DNA from: a virus
Direction: 5' to 3' (one strand)
IMG/VR virus record: IMGVR_UViG_3300046168_000085
Span: 1-64,000 of that record
Length of the DNA stretch: 64,000 nt
The translations under genes were made by a program, and so were the position numbers. Shown here in pieces: positions 1 to 10,157 of this stretch (the first letter of the stretch is position 1; each line of letters opens with the position of its first letter). The notes under the pieces were generated by a model, which did not search any database, was not told the origin of the DNA, and saw only the letters and a program-made list of their open reading frames with translations.

Positions 1-483
1 TTATATTTTTGCTTTCTTTTGACTTGTTCCAGTTAATCGAGTTGCGAGTTCATCGGTATATTCGTTCCATTTATTTCCGTTGTGACCTTTAACCCATATC
101 ATTTTATTTAAATATTTTTCATATCTTATCACATCTTGACGATATTCCCAAGTAAAATCGTTCTTGCATTGCCAAGGTGTTTGATTCTCAGTAATATCCC
201 ACACCCATCTTTGAAGTCCAATATAATCATAATATACATTTAAACGCATATTATATACAGAAGCATAATCAAGTGCTTCGATGACTGCACGACATTCCGT
301 TGCAATGTTACGCAATTTTCTAAGTTCTGGTTGAAGTGTGTAATTTAATAATCCAACTCCTTCTGCAATGCTTTTGTCCGTTTCACTATCTACGATAGTA
401 TATGCCCACGAACCTTTATCAAACTTTGCAGAAAAAGAACCATCTACATAAGCATCGTAAATTTTAGAATTTTCAACTGACAT
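1..483 (-). CDS. Ribonuclease HI
   Basis: RNase H motifs YVDGS, ECRAVIEAL, YYD and VKGHNGNKWNEYTDELA. Confidence 0.85.
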   Translation of the reverse strand: MSVENSKIYDAYVDGSFSAKFDKGSWAYTIVDSETDKSIAEGVGLLNYTLQPELRKLRNIATECRAVIEALDYASVYNMRLNVYYDYIGLQRWVWDITENQTPWQCKNDFTWEYRQDVIRYEKYLNKMIWVKGHNGNKWNEYTDELATRLTGTSQKKAKI

Positions 484-1318
484 ATTGATTTATCCTTTCA
501 TTTGCAATTTCGCAATATTCTTTTGAAATTTCACTTCCGATAAAATTTCTATTGCAAAGCAATGCCATTTTTGCAGTTGTTCCACTTCCCATAAATGGAT
601 CGTAAATTAAATCATATTCGTTGCTCCAACTAACAATATGATCTTTAGCAAGTTCTTCAGGAAAAATAGCAGGATGATTATGTGCAATCGCATCACTTGA
701 ACTTTTTCCTTTACCAACTTTATACTGCCAAATATTTGTTCGTCTTCCGAGTTTTCCGTATCCACCTCGTTTTATGCTTTTGAGTTCTCCTGTTTCTAAT
801 CGTTTTGTTCCACGATCACCGTTTCTACTTTCCTGATTTTCACGATCACAAATTAAATTGATTGTTTTGGGTGAACCTTTGCTTAACACAAACATATACT
901 CAAATGTTTGCCAATAACTTTTATTGTTGCCAACTGCACCTCTTGGTGGTTTTGCGTATATCATTGTATCAAATAAATTAAAACCAATTTCCTTGAAGTA
1001 TAATGCTTGACGAAAACTTGTTCCTGTCTCGTTTGCTCCGTAACTTGAATCGTTAACAACCCAAACAACTACACCACCTTGTTTTGTTACACGAAACAAT
1101 TCATTTGCCATATTTTCAAAATCAAATGAATAACCCTTGTAGGTTCTTCTTTCATCATACGGTGGTGAAGTGACCACCAAGTCTATAAAATCGTCATCCA
1201 TTAAAGACATCGTTTTAAGATTGTCTTCGTTATAGATTGTATTTAGTTCAAGCATTATTCCGTTGCTTGAAGAAATCTGACGGACGGATAAATTGTTGCA
1301 AAATAAATTGCGAAACAA
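473..1318 (-). CDS. DNA methyltransferase, N4-C/N6-A, beta class (true start probably the internal Met of MLELN)
   Basis: VTSPPY catalytic motif, then HPAIFP and DPFMGSGTT SAM-binding motif. Confidence 0.9.
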   Translation of the reverse strand: MFRNLFCNNLSVRQISSSNGIMLELNTIYNEDNLKTMSLMDDDFIDLVVTSPPYDERRTYKGYSFDFENMANELFRVTKQGGVVVWVVNDSSYGANETGTSFRQALYFKEIGFNLFDTMIYAKPPRGAVGNNKSYWQTFEYMFVLSKGSPKTINLICDRENQESRNGDRGTKRLETGELKSIKRGGYGKLGRRTNIWQYKVGKGKSSSDAIAHNHPAIFPEELAKDHIVSWSNEYDLIYDPFMGSGTTAKMALLCNRNFIGSEISKEYCEIANERINQYVS

Positions 1319-2175
1319 ATCGTAGTCACCAGAATCAAAGAGAATATATTATTTAACATTATTATATATTACTTCTTAAATATGAAATGGTCAATATTAT
1401 AATATATCAACGCACCAACAAACTGAAATAAAACGATACTTGCCCACAAAGGCATTCCTAATTTTTCCTGACATATATACATTACAGGAAAAGATACGAT
1501 GAAACCACTTTGCCATCTTGCATGATATTTTATTATGCGTTTCCAATTCATCTCCAATTATAAATACGATGAAGATGTAATCTTGGATTAAAATTAATTA
1601 TTTTTTTTAAAATAAGTCACCTTTGCATATTCAATTAGTTTTCTAATAATTAATTGATTTTGGGTTGGTGGTTTTGGTTCAAACTGATAAATGTATGCTT
1701 TTTTAACCGCACTTTCCATTTTATTTAGTTTTATCTTTATTTGATTTATTTTGTTCACGTATTGATTTTATTTGGTATTTGAGTTCTTCAGTTGCTTTTT
1801 TGAACATATTTGTTCTTTCTTGAGATGTCAAGTAATATTCATCAATATCTCCAAAAGTACTATACTTGTAATCTTCAAAAGATGAAACAAATTTAGACCA
1901 TCTACTTTCTTTTATTTCATTTTCCATTTGGCATAATAATTCCTTGCATATCGGAAATACTTTCATTCAGTCTTTCCTGCTTTTGTTGAAGTTCACGATT
2001 TTTAATCATACCATACAACAAATCTTCATACAATTCATCATATAAATTATGTTCACCAATAACTTCACGAATATATTCCATGAGTTTATCGTGTGTCGTG
2101 ACTTCTTCCCATTTTATTTTTGAATTCATATAATATAAATATATTATATAAATATTACGAAAAAAATCAAATTTA

Positions 2176-2562
2176 TTATTTATCCAGAGGATGTTTAATA
2201 TGAATAGTTTTTATTTTCTTGCTTTTTATCAACGAAAGTTCATGTGGATCATCATCATAATGCAATACACTTCCTATTCTAAGTAGAGTATGTACTTTGT
2301 CTTTTCCGTTGGTGAATATAATGTCTTTTATCGGAAGATTGTGCTTTTTTGCAAATGTTGCAACATCTTTTTTATGTTTACCTGTTCCGTGCCGTGATGT
2401 TACAATTTTTACTTCGTATCCTTTTGAAGCAAACTTTTTTAGTGCTGAAATTGTTTTTTTGTTGGGTTCTAAACCAGATGTCCACAACTCTTCTTCTTCA
2501 TCGTAATGTGGTAATGTAAGAGTATCGTCAAAATCAAACGTTATGATTTTTTTTGGAATCAT
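2176..2562 (-). CDS. HAD-superfamily hydrolase (phage type)
   Basis: FDFDDTL motif I, VTSR, K, YDDD. Confidence 0.7.
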   Translation of the reverse strand: MIPKKIITFDFDDTLTLPHYDEEEELWTSGLEPNKKTISALKKFASKGYEVKIVTSRHGTGKHKKDVATFAKKHNLPIKDIIFTNGKDKVHTLLRIGSVLHYDDDPHELSLIKSKKIKTIHIKHPLDK

Positions 2563-4112
2563 AACTGATATTCATATAAATGAACTTCATTATATTTATT
2601 GGCTTCGTATGGACGTGTTGACAATGCAATTCGCATCCCGTTTTGTGATATTGACATTGATGTGCCAAGGCTAGATGACTCGTCCCCAACAATCTCGTTT
2701 CCGAGTTGTAACCATTCGTTATTTGAAAGTGCATAAACTCTTACTTTTCCTTGGTTTGTCCAAGTTCCACATACAATATACTTACCGTCAGGTGTCATTT
2801 CAGCTACTGACATATATCCACCGTGAAACAAACTTATATTATTTCCAACTTGTTCCCACCCACTTGTAGCATTGTTATATGAATATACATTTATACCTTC
2901 ACTTCCATGATAACCCACCATAATAGTGTTTCCATCTGAACTTATGCCAAGACAATATGGCATTATTGACCGACCAGATACTCCGTGAAATGGGCCACCG
3001 AGAAGTTGCCATTGATTGCTTATTAATCGATAAACTGCGATTTTACCATACTTATTTTCACTTGAATTGCTATATTGTCCAGAACCTACTATAATAGTAT
3101 CACCCGTTTCGTTTATTTTTACATTGTGACCAAGAAGTTCTATTGAATTGTCTGTTGTAATTGTTTGTCCTAATTGAACCCATTGACTACCATTGTATCT
3201 ATATACATTTGCTTCACCCGTTTTAGGTTTATATGAAGCAGATGTTGTCATTTTAGCATATGGTGATCCTACCACGATTGTTTGTGAGTCTCCACTTATA
3301 TCAACGGAAAATCCAAATCTATCTTCTGCTTCACCATTTAATGTTCCGATTGTTGATAGACTACTTGAGTTTACATTATAAATTGAAACTCTTCCGTTAT
3401 ACCCATTCTGTGTATTGTTATTAGGATATTGAGCTGCTGAGATAACGCATTTATTAGAATTTCTCGAAAATGACAAACTCCCACCAAATTTGTCCCCAGT
3501 TCCATACCCGTTTATTGTCGTAATTTTACTAAATGCATTTTCTGCTTGATTAAGTTTATACATATCAACTTTTCCAGTTAATGTGTCATCACCTGTGCCG
3601 GGTAGATACCTGTCAAATGTACCTTGTAGCAATAAAGTTCCATTAGAGTTTAAAGATACCTTAGAAGATGCATAATCTATACCATTATTAATTGTTGCTT
3701 TTTTTACCCATGTTCCTCCAAATTGATTTGGAGTTGGTGTCGGAGTTGGTGTCGGAGTTGGTGTAGGAGTTGGTGTAGGAGTTGGTGTAGGATTTTGTAA
3801 ATTTTCACAAGTTTGTGTGATTCTCGTATTAGATTCTTGAGTTTCAAAATATACAACATCTGCATCCTCAATTTCAAGTGAATCAGAACCCTGATTTAAA
3901 ATGCAATAGTAGTAATGTCCACATTTTAGTTTTGTAAAAAAACTTGCTCCACCTGGTTTATACCAACGAGCAAATCCGGACTCGGTAAACTCATATACTG
4001 CATTAAAAAACTTAGAATGTGGTTCTAAATCAAAGTCTAAGCATTCTTTCTCACAATTTCCATGATGCAAAAGAAGACTTGAAATATTACTTTTTTGGTT
4101 TAGTGTTGCCAT
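2559..4112 (-). CDS. Cys-rich N-domain + Pro-Thr linker + FG-GAP-like beta-propeller; putative virion surface/adhesin protein (paralog of 4521-6083)
   Basis: Repeated blades (FGxSVDISGDG...VGSP, WxQLGxxI) and a (PT)n linker. Confidence 0.6.
   Translation of the reverse strand: MATLNQKSNISSLLLHHGNCEKECLDFDLEPHSKFFNAVYEFTESGFARWYKPGGASFFTKLKCGHYYYCILNQGSDSLEIEDADVVYFETQESNTRITQTCENLQNPTPTPTPTPTPTPTPTPTPTPNQFGGTWVKKATINNGIDYASSKVSLNSNGTLLLQGTFDRYLPGTGDDTLTGKVDMYKLNQAENAFSKITTINGYGTGDKFGGSLSFSRNSNKCVISAAQYPNNNTQNGYNGRVSIYNVNSSSLSTIGTLNGEAEDRFGFSVDISGDSQTIVVGSPYAKMTTSASYKPKTGEANVYRYNGSQWVQLGQTITTDNSIELLGHNVKINETGDTIIVGSGQYSNSSENKYGKIAVYRLISNQWQLLGGPFHGVSGRSIMPYCLGISSDGNTIMVGYHGSEGINVYSYNNATSGWEQVGNNISLFHGGYMSVAEMTPDGKYIVCGTWTNQGKVRVYALSNNEWLQLGNEIVGDESSSLGTSMSISQNGMRIALSTRPYEANKYNEVHLYEYQL
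3731..3792 (-). repeat. Coding tandem repeat for the (Pro-Thr)n linker
   Basis: ggagttggtgt(c/a) 12-mer units on the plus strand. Confidence 0.9.
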
Positions 4113-4117
4113 AAAAC

Positions 4118-4498
4118 TTAATCAAGTCCAGCATTTATAGCAAAGTCTGAATAAATACCCGAATCAAATTCTTCAATACGCATTAAATTTTTACCACCTC
4201 GTTTGTCAAGAATAACAACATATTCATCAAGAAAAAACTCTGTACCATCATCTGTATTTTCGTCTAACTCTTCGGCATCACTTTTAAATTTGTTTGCTAT
4301 TATTTCAATACCCGTGGGTGTTGCTTTAAAATATTTCTTTATTGAACGTGGAATTTTTTTGAAACGTCTTTCTACTTCCTTTTCGTCTTTATACTTTGCT
4401 TTTTTCGGTGCTACAAAATATGCCTTAGCGGGTTTCCAGGTTGACTCCGTGATAACCTCTCGGATTATTTCTTTTAATTCATTTCTTGTTATTTTCAT
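4118..4498 (-). CDS. Phage protein with MKIT..ELKEIIREVITE leader (paralog of 6100-6435)
   Basis: Leader typical of large-phage head-associated proteins; shares APKK..Y..E...KKIP...KYF with its paralog. Confidence 0.55.
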   Translation of the reverse strand: MKITRNELKEIIREVITESTWKPAKAYFVAPKKAKYKDEKEVERRFKKIPRSIKKYFKATPTGIEIIANKFKSDAEELDENTDDGTEFFLDEYVVILDKRGGKNLMRIEEFDSGIYSDFAINAGLD

Positions 4499-4520
4499 AA
4501 TATTATTAATTTACTTTGAT

Positions 4521-6083
4521 TCATAATTCATAGTCATATACGGTGGCTTCCATTGGTTTACTTTCATTAAAAGGAGAAAGAATTACAAGACTTAGTCCAT
4601 CGTCTGATATATCTACACCAGACCCCAATGATTGGTTTTCAGCTTGACCCTTGATATCTTGACCTAATTGCAACCAAGTGCTTCCAGATAAACGATACAC
4701 ACGGACCATTCCTGTTCCCACCACATTATCACTATGACTTGGACATCCAATTACAATAGTTTTAGTGTCAGCTGACATCTTTATGCTACGAGCATCTAAA
4801 CCCACAGAAAGAATTATATCATTACCAACTTTATTCCACTGATTATTTTCATACTTATACTGATTTACAATAGGAGGTTCAGCACTGCCTCGATTTCCTA
4901 ATGTGACAACATTACCGTCGTGACTAATGGCAATTCCTGACAAAAGTTTTTTTCCAACCTGACCTGTAAATTGCTCACCCTTTTGCACCCATTCATTATT
5001 TACCAAACTATATACAACCACCCTTCCAACATTTGTGTTTGGACCATCATTGTATTGCCAACTACCTATTGCAATTGTATTTCCATCACCACTTATTACT
5101 GCGCTACCCCCCAAAACCTCAACAGATTGCTCTCCATTCAAAGTTTGACCAATCTGTGTCCATGTATTATTTATCAAGTCATAAACTCTGACAGCACCTG
5201 CACTGTCTAGTCCATTTACATCTTCATATTTCGATGCAACTAAAAGACGATTACCTTCATCGTTCAAATCAACTCGATTACCACAATTATCACTCGGTGA
5301 TCCGTTAATTAAGTTTCCAACCAATGTCCACGTACCTGCTGTATATACACCTACTCTACCTGCCCAACTGCTTTGGTCATTATTGTTGGGGAAAAAAGGA
5401 GCACCCACGGCAACTCTGCTACCAATTCCGTTTATAGATAATCCACTGCCGAAGCTGTCTCCGATTCCATATCCGGTAAGAGTATTACCAGCAGGTGCTA
5501 AGCTATTGTTTGAATCGTCATAACTATAAAGTCTTACAAATCCTGCTATTGCACTCTTAGTCGCACCTGGTAAATACTGAGTGTATGTAGCTAATGCAAA
5601 CATTCTACCGTCATTTCTCCACTTAACAACACCACCACTATAAGATTTTCCATTATTAATTGTTGCTTTATTTACCCAGGTTCCTCCAAATTGATTTGGA
5701 GTTGGTGTCGGAGTAGGTGTTGGAGTCGGTGTTGGAGTCGGTGTAGGTGTTGGTGTTGGTGACGGATTGAATAATGAACAATCATTTACAAATCTATAAT
5801 CATTATCAGCATCTTCAAATTTTGTAATCATCGCATGAGGAATATCAAGTTCATTTGCTCCGATATTTAAAGTGACATAATAAAGTTTTCCACAACTCAG
5901 TGATGTAAAAAAACTAACTCCTCCTGGTTTAAACCAACGAGCAAATCCAGCATCAGAAAATTGATAAACAGAATTAAAAAAATCTGAATGAGGTTCAAGA
6001 TCAAAGTCTGCACACTCTAAATCACATGAACCATAAAATAGTACACAATTTTTGAGGTTAGTTGACTGTTTTAGAATTGCCAT
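4521..6083 (-). CDS. Cys-rich N-domain + Pro-Thr linker + FG-GAP-like beta-propeller (paralog of 2559-4112)
   Basis: Same architecture; shared DFDLEPHS, GFARW.KPGG.SFFT and NQFGGTWV. Confidence 0.6.
   Translation of the reverse strand: MAILKQSTNLKNCVLFYGSCDLECADFDLEPHSDFFNSVYQFSDAGFARWFKPGGVSFFTSLSCGKLYYVTLNIGANELDIPHAMITKFEDADNDYRFVNDCSLFNPSPTPTPTPTPTPTPTPTPTPTPNQFGGTWVNKATINNGKSYSGGVVKWRNDGRMFALATYTQYLPGATKSAIAGFVRLYSYDDSNNSLAPAGNTLTGYGIGDSFGSGLSINGIGSRVAVGAPFFPNNNDQSSWAGRVGVYTAGTWTLVGNLINGSPSDNCGNRVDLNDEGNRLLVASKYEDVNGLDSAGAVRVYDLINNTWTQIGQTLNGEQSVEVLGGSAVISGDGNTIAIGSWQYNDGPNTNVGRVVVYSLVNNEWVQKGEQFTGQVGKKLLSGIAISHDGNVVTLGNRGSAEPPIVNQYKYENNQWNKVGNDIILSVGLDARSIKMSADTKTIVIGCPSHSDNVVGTGMVRVYRLSGSTWLQLGQDIKGQAENQSLGSGVDISDDGLSLVILSPFNESKPMEATVYDYEL
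5698..5766 (-). repeat. Coding tandem repeat for the (Pro-Thr)n linker
   Basis: Degenerate 6/12-mer repeat encoding PTPTPT. Confidence 0.9.
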
Positions 6084-6099
6084 TGTAGTTTCCTAAAAT

Positions 6100-6435
6100 T
6101 TACTTCCACTCAGATTCGTCAAACTTTGCAATTTCAAGTGGATAATATCCATCTGCAAGAGTGATTTCAAAACCATCAACTTCCTTGGTGTATGTATCCA
6201 TGCTATTATCAAGTGTAGTTGCTTTTTTATCAAATGCTTTGTTTACTTCAACTTCAACTCCGTAAGAAGGACCGTCAACTGGTTTAATCGTAAAATACTT
6301 TTGCAGTTTACTTGGAATCTTTTTAAGTTCACGTTTTGCGTGTGCTTCGTTTTGATATTTCTTGGGTGCTTTCCAAATAGTTTTACCCTCGTTTAGAATA
6401 TCTTCAACAATGCTAAGTAACTTCGTATGTTTCAT
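6100..6435 (-). CDS. Phage protein with MKHTKLLSIVEDILNE leader (paralog of 4118-4498)
   Basis: Start reassigned to ATG at 6435, directly after an ATATTTAT motif; similar to 4118-4498. Confidence 0.55.
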   Translation of the reverse strand: MKHTKLLSIVEDILNEGKTIWKAPKKYQNEAHAKRELKKIPSKLQKYFTIKPVDGPSYGVEVEVNKAFDKKATTLDNSMDTYTKEVDGFEITLADGYYPLEIAKFDESEWK

Positions 6436-6731
6436 AGCAATAAATATATATGTAAACAAAAAAAAATTACTTCTTTACACGACCACACGCAAAATTATAA
6501 AATACCTCAACTTCCAATGGATTATCGTTTGATGCGTCCACCGTAATTTCTTTGAAACCACTTTTAAGTTTTAAGTTCTTATTGTGAGTTTCATAATGCA
6601 TTGCTTCTGCACCCATTTTAATATTGGAATCTATTTCTTCAAGAAATTGATGTCCAAGATATTGTCGTGTTTTTTTGTCGGTAAACTCCTTAAAGTAACC
6701 GAATATGTGAAAGTGTTCTACTCTATCGTCT

Positions 6732-7280
6732 TTAGTGTAATGTAAGGTTGGCATTTTCAGATTTGATTTTACGGATTAATTTAGCATCCTTGTTTTTAAT
6801 TTTCTTGGTTCGTTTGTTAAATAAAACTCCGTCAAGGTGATCAACTTCGTGTTGTATACAACGAGCAAGTCCACCTGCACATTCTACAATACGATTGTTT
6901 CCTTCAATATCTTGAAAAGTAAGTTTAATTATACTTGGACGTTTAACTTCAAGAGTTACACCCGGAAAACTCAAACATCCTTCATTCATAACAGACTTTG
7001 CTTCTGATACAACTTGTATCTCAGGGTTGATTAAAATTAAAGGATAATAGTCATCAGTAATTGCTTTTTCTCCATCAAAAACAAATCCTTCGGTAAAACC
7101 TAAATCAATCACACAAATTCTACGATTATCTCCGACTTGAGGAGCAGCCAACCCAACTCCGTTGCTTTCTTTCATCGTAGAAATCATATCTTCCGTGAAC
7201 TTTATCAGTTCTTCATTAAACTCTGTGACCTTTTCAGTCGGAGTTTCCAAAATTTCTTGTCCGTAATTAACGATTTTCAT
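6732..7280 (-). CDS. def: Peptide deformylase
   Basis: GVGLAAPQVG, EGCLS and QHEVDHLDG motifs. Confidence 0.97.
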   Translation of the reverse strand: MKIVNYGQEILETPTEKVTEFNEELIKFTEDMISTMKESNGVGLAAPQVGDNRRICVIDLGFTEGFVFDGEKAITDDYYPLILINPEIQVVSEAKSVMNEGCLSFPGVTLEVKRPSIIKLTFQDIEGNNRIVECAGGLARCIQHEVDHLDGVLFNKRTKKIKNKDAKLIRKIKSENANLTLH

Positions 7281-7315
7281 ACAAGTATATTAGCATGAAT
7301 ATTATAAAAAGTCAA
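7281..7315 (-). promoter_or_regulatory. Sigma70-like promoter, predicted leaderless transcript of def
   Basis: TTGACT-N17-TAATAT-N6-ATG. Confidence 0.7.
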
Positions 7316-7322
7316 TCTTTTT

Positions 7323-8072
7323 TTAATAAACATCCCATGCACGATTTAAGAATACTCTTTCTACATCATATTCTTGATTTGTAAATTCAGATATAAAACT
7401 AAGTAAAACATTCAATGCGTTTTTTTCAAATTTCTTTCCATGCCTACGTTCTTTATCTTTAAATAAATCATAATCATGGTGTGGCCTTGGTACATTGACA
7501 TATTTGTAAAATTCAGTATCAACACTTTCTAAATTTGTATCATAAATTTGGCAATCTATACATAGAACCTTGTAATTAAGGTTTGGGTATTTTTTATTTA
7601 AAATTGAAATTAATTTTGTTGGATAAATGGGTTCAGTTGTCACGTGGTGTATAAATGGAGTCAGCAAAAATAAAATACAATTATTCGTTAATGTTGCATT
7701 TTTAATTTCATTTTGAAATTGGTATATTCTTTTATTCATTTGTATTTTAAAATCATCTAGATTCGTATTTTTCTCATGGTTGTAATAGCAAGGTGTATCT
7801 GTGTGTAAGTGTAAAGGATTTTTTGCTACTTTTAAACCATCGTAAATACACTTAAAATCTGATTCTAATATTTTACACAACGCATGATAAGGAGTTGTAC
7901 ATCCATCAAATGGCATTCGCACAGAACGGTCTTTTTTAAAATCAAATACATGAAATCTCTCTGGCAAAGTTCTTGACCAACAAGACGAACCAAGTGAAAT
8001 AATTTTATAGTTTCCAATATCCAATACTCTATCCGCAATTGGTTTTATGGGTATATTTTTATTTCTTCTCAT
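7323..8072 (-). CDS. DUF1796-like putative papain-like peptidase / hypothetical protein
   Basis: ISLGSSC ... MPFD N-terminal motif. Confidence 0.4.
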   Translation of the reverse strand: MRRNKNIPIKPIADRVLDIGNYKIISLGSSCWSRTLPERFHVFDFKKDRSVRMPFDGCTTPYHALCKILESDFKCIYDGLKVAKNPLHLHTDTPCYYNHEKNTNLDDFKIQMNKRIYQFQNEIKNATLTNNCILFLLTPFIHHVTTEPIYPTKLISILNKKYPNLNYKVLCIDCQIYDTNLESVDTEFYKYVNVPRPHHDYDLFKDKERRHGKKFEKNALNVLLSFISEFTNQEYDVERVFLNRAWDVY

Positions 8073-8536
8073 TTATTTTTTCCTAGAATATAATCCTTGG
8101 CATACTTCAAAAGTTTCTTGTTGAACAACTGCTTCTTTTTTGCCTTGGAATATGGCAACCAAATAAAACCAACGTGTTCGTGTGAAATTCTTACATTTGA
8201 TTCGTAAGGAACTTCCGCAAGAAAATAAGTCACCATCTTTAACTTGGGAGTTTTGTATTGCTTACCAGTTGACCAATTCTTTTTTAGAAAATATTTTACT
8301 TCTTGTTTAAATCCAGGTTCCAACTTTGAAATTTTAAGAGAAGTTTCTTCGTAGGTTTCTCGTTTTGCAGTTTGAACTAGATTTTCACCTTTATCAATAT
8401 GACCTTTAGGAAATCCCCACCCTATTGCATCTCCATTGAGCAATAAAAACTCGGGTATATCTTCGGAATTGATTCTGTATACAATAATTCCTGCTGATTG
8501 CTCTGCTATTTCTTTCATTGCTTCTGCTAATTTCAT
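8069..8536 (-). CDS. NUDIX hydrolase (Ap4A hydrolase-like)
   Basis: Nudix box GHIDKGENLVQTAKRETYEETSL, plus SAG, WGFPKG and ISHEH. Confidence 0.9.
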   Translation of the reverse strand: MKLAEAMKEIAEQSAGIIVYRINSEDIPEFLLLNGDAIGWGFPKGHIDKGENLVQTAKRETYEETSLKISKLEPGFKQEVKYFLKKNWSTGKQYKTPKLKMVTYFLAEVPYESNVRISHEHVGFIWLPYSKAKKKQLFNKKLLKYAKDYILGKNK

Positions 8537-8588
8537 CTTTTAAATAAATATACGCACGGTTGAGAATGTATATATAATATTTACATAC

Positions 8589-8663
8589 ATGATACATGGT
8601 GTAAAAGTATGGCAAATTGTTGCTTTAGTCGCAGTTGCAGTTGTTCTTGTCTTAGTATTCTAA
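8589..8663 (+). CDS. Uncalled 24-aa single-pass membrane peptide MIHGVKVWQIVALVAVAVVLVLVF
   Basis: ATG..TAA fills the gap between the NUDIX gene and infC; preceded by ATATTTAC-N4-ATG. Confidence 0.55.
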   Translation: MIHGVKVWQIVALVAVAVVLVLVF

Positions 8664-8664
8664 G

Positions 8665-9207
8665 TTAAGAACTTTTTGCAGGACTTAAATTGGTAGAAAT
8701 TCTTCTGCCGGCAAATGTGAAAGGTGTGTTGGTTTTACACAACTCACCAGAATCTTGTATTACACGATCAAGTAACTCATGACCCAAATGCTTATATTGC
8801 ATTTCACGACCACGAAATTCTACTGCCACTCGCACCTGACTTCCTTTTTCAAGAAATTCACATATCTTTTTAAGTTTTGTTTGATAATCATGTTCGTCAA
8901 TTCTAGGATGAAATTTAATTTCTTTGAACTTGGATTTTTTTGACGTAGACGAACCTTGTCGTTTACTTTGCTCATATTTGTATTTACCATATTCAATAAT
9001 TTTACAAACCGGTGGTCTTGCATCTGCCACTATCTCAACTAAATCAAGACCTGCAGTTTTTGCAATAGACAATGCTTCTTGTGGAGACATAATGCCAAGC
9101 ATTTTACCATCTTCGTTAATAACCCGAATCTTAGGAATTCTTATTCTTTCATTCACCCTAGGACCGTACTCTTTTCTTTTTTTATCGTACTTTTTTTTAT
9201 TATCCAT
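8665..9207 (-). CDS. infC: Translation initiation factor IF-3
   Basis: VNERIR..IRVI, LDLVEI..ARPPVCKIIEYGKYKY, KEIKF, FRGRE. Confidence 0.97.
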   Translation of the reverse strand: MDNKKKYDKKRKEYGPRVNERIRIPKIRVINEDGKMLGIMSPQEALSIAKTAGLDLVEIVADARPPVCKIIEYGKYKYEQSKRQGSSTSKKSKFKEIKFHPRIDEHDYQTKLKKICEFLEKGSQVRVAVEFRGREMQYKHLGHELLDRVIQDSGELCKTNTPFTFAGRRISTNLSPAKSS

Positions 9208-9387
9208 AAGTTTTTACACAGACACACATAAAGTCTGAGTATTTCTTGTTAGTATTTACAATGATTAGCAAAGTATTTTTATTTATACAGAGCATAATTT
9301 ATTTTTATTTTTATTATCATTGTTTATATAGTATTTTATTAAATTTAAAGATTTCGTCAATAAGAAACTTATACTATATTTATAAGT

Positions 9388-9684
9388 ATGAAAGATAAAC
9401 TCATAAAAATTAAAGAATCGTTAGAATCTGCAATTGAAAACTCAGAAAAAAAAGATATTTTCATTGGTAAGGCACTTGGTATAGTTGAAGAGTTAATTGA
9501 AATGCCAATTGAACAAACTTCAGAATCGTATAAACCACCATTTGATATTCCGGATGCAGTTCTTAAGAGTCTTGACTCGGGTGCGACAATGCTTGATGCA
9601 GTTCGCAGACACAAAGAAGTTCACAATGAATTAAGTGATGATGCAGTCAGTAAGAAAAATACACAATTCAAAAAACTTCAATAA
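9388..9684 (+). CDS. Hypothetical protein (rare plus-strand gene)
   Basis: ATG preceded by ATATTTAT-N4; occupies an otherwise empty interval. Confidence 0.55.
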   Translation: MKDKLIKIKESLESAIENSEKKDIFIGKALGIVEELIEMPIEQTSESYKPPFDIPDAVLKSLDSGATMLDAVRRHKEVHNELSDDAVSKKNTQFKKLQ

Positions 9685-10115
9685 TACTTTATTTGGACAC
9701 CAGATTCTTCAAACATTATTTTAGAACGCAAAGAATGTTCTATCCAATGTTTTGATTTTGTTATATCCGTTTCGCATACATAAATTGTTTTAATTCCTGC
9801 GTTAATAATTCCTCTTGCACAGTCACAACAAGGAACTCCACAATTTAAATACATAACACATTTTTTAGTGGATACACCTATTTTGGCTGCGTTATACAAA
9901 GCATTGCGTTCTGCGTGTTCTATCCAATAATACTTTTCAGGTCTTTCTTGTCGTTCTGATAAATCATCATTTATACCACTTGGAAAACTATTGTAACCGG
10001 TTGAACGAATTTCATTATCAGGTCCTACTATGACTGCACCAATTTGTGTAGATTGATCTTTGCTTTTCTTGGCAACAAGATTTGCCATATCATAAAAGTA
10101 TTCCGACCAGTTCAT
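9678..10115 (-). CDS. dCMP deaminase family protein
   Basis: STGYN, HAERNA and PCCDC zinc motifs. Confidence 0.92.
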   Translation of the reverse strand: MNWSEYFYDMANLVAKKSKDQSTQIGAVIVGPDNEIRSTGYNSFPSGINDDLSERQERPEKYYWIEHAERNALYNAAKIGVSTKKCVMYLNCGVPCCDCARGIINAGIKTIYVCETDITKSKHWIEHSLRSKIMFEESGVQIKYY

Positions 10116-10157
10116 GTTAATACTTTATATGAAACAAAAAATAATTGCAAATCTAAA

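Noticed and set aside
3731-5766. Short tandem repeats as a CRISPR array or DGR template/variable repeat
   Set aside because: They are in-frame Pro-Thr linker codons with no spacers. No cas gene or reverse transcriptase is present, and the 65-nt duplicate has only two mismatches.
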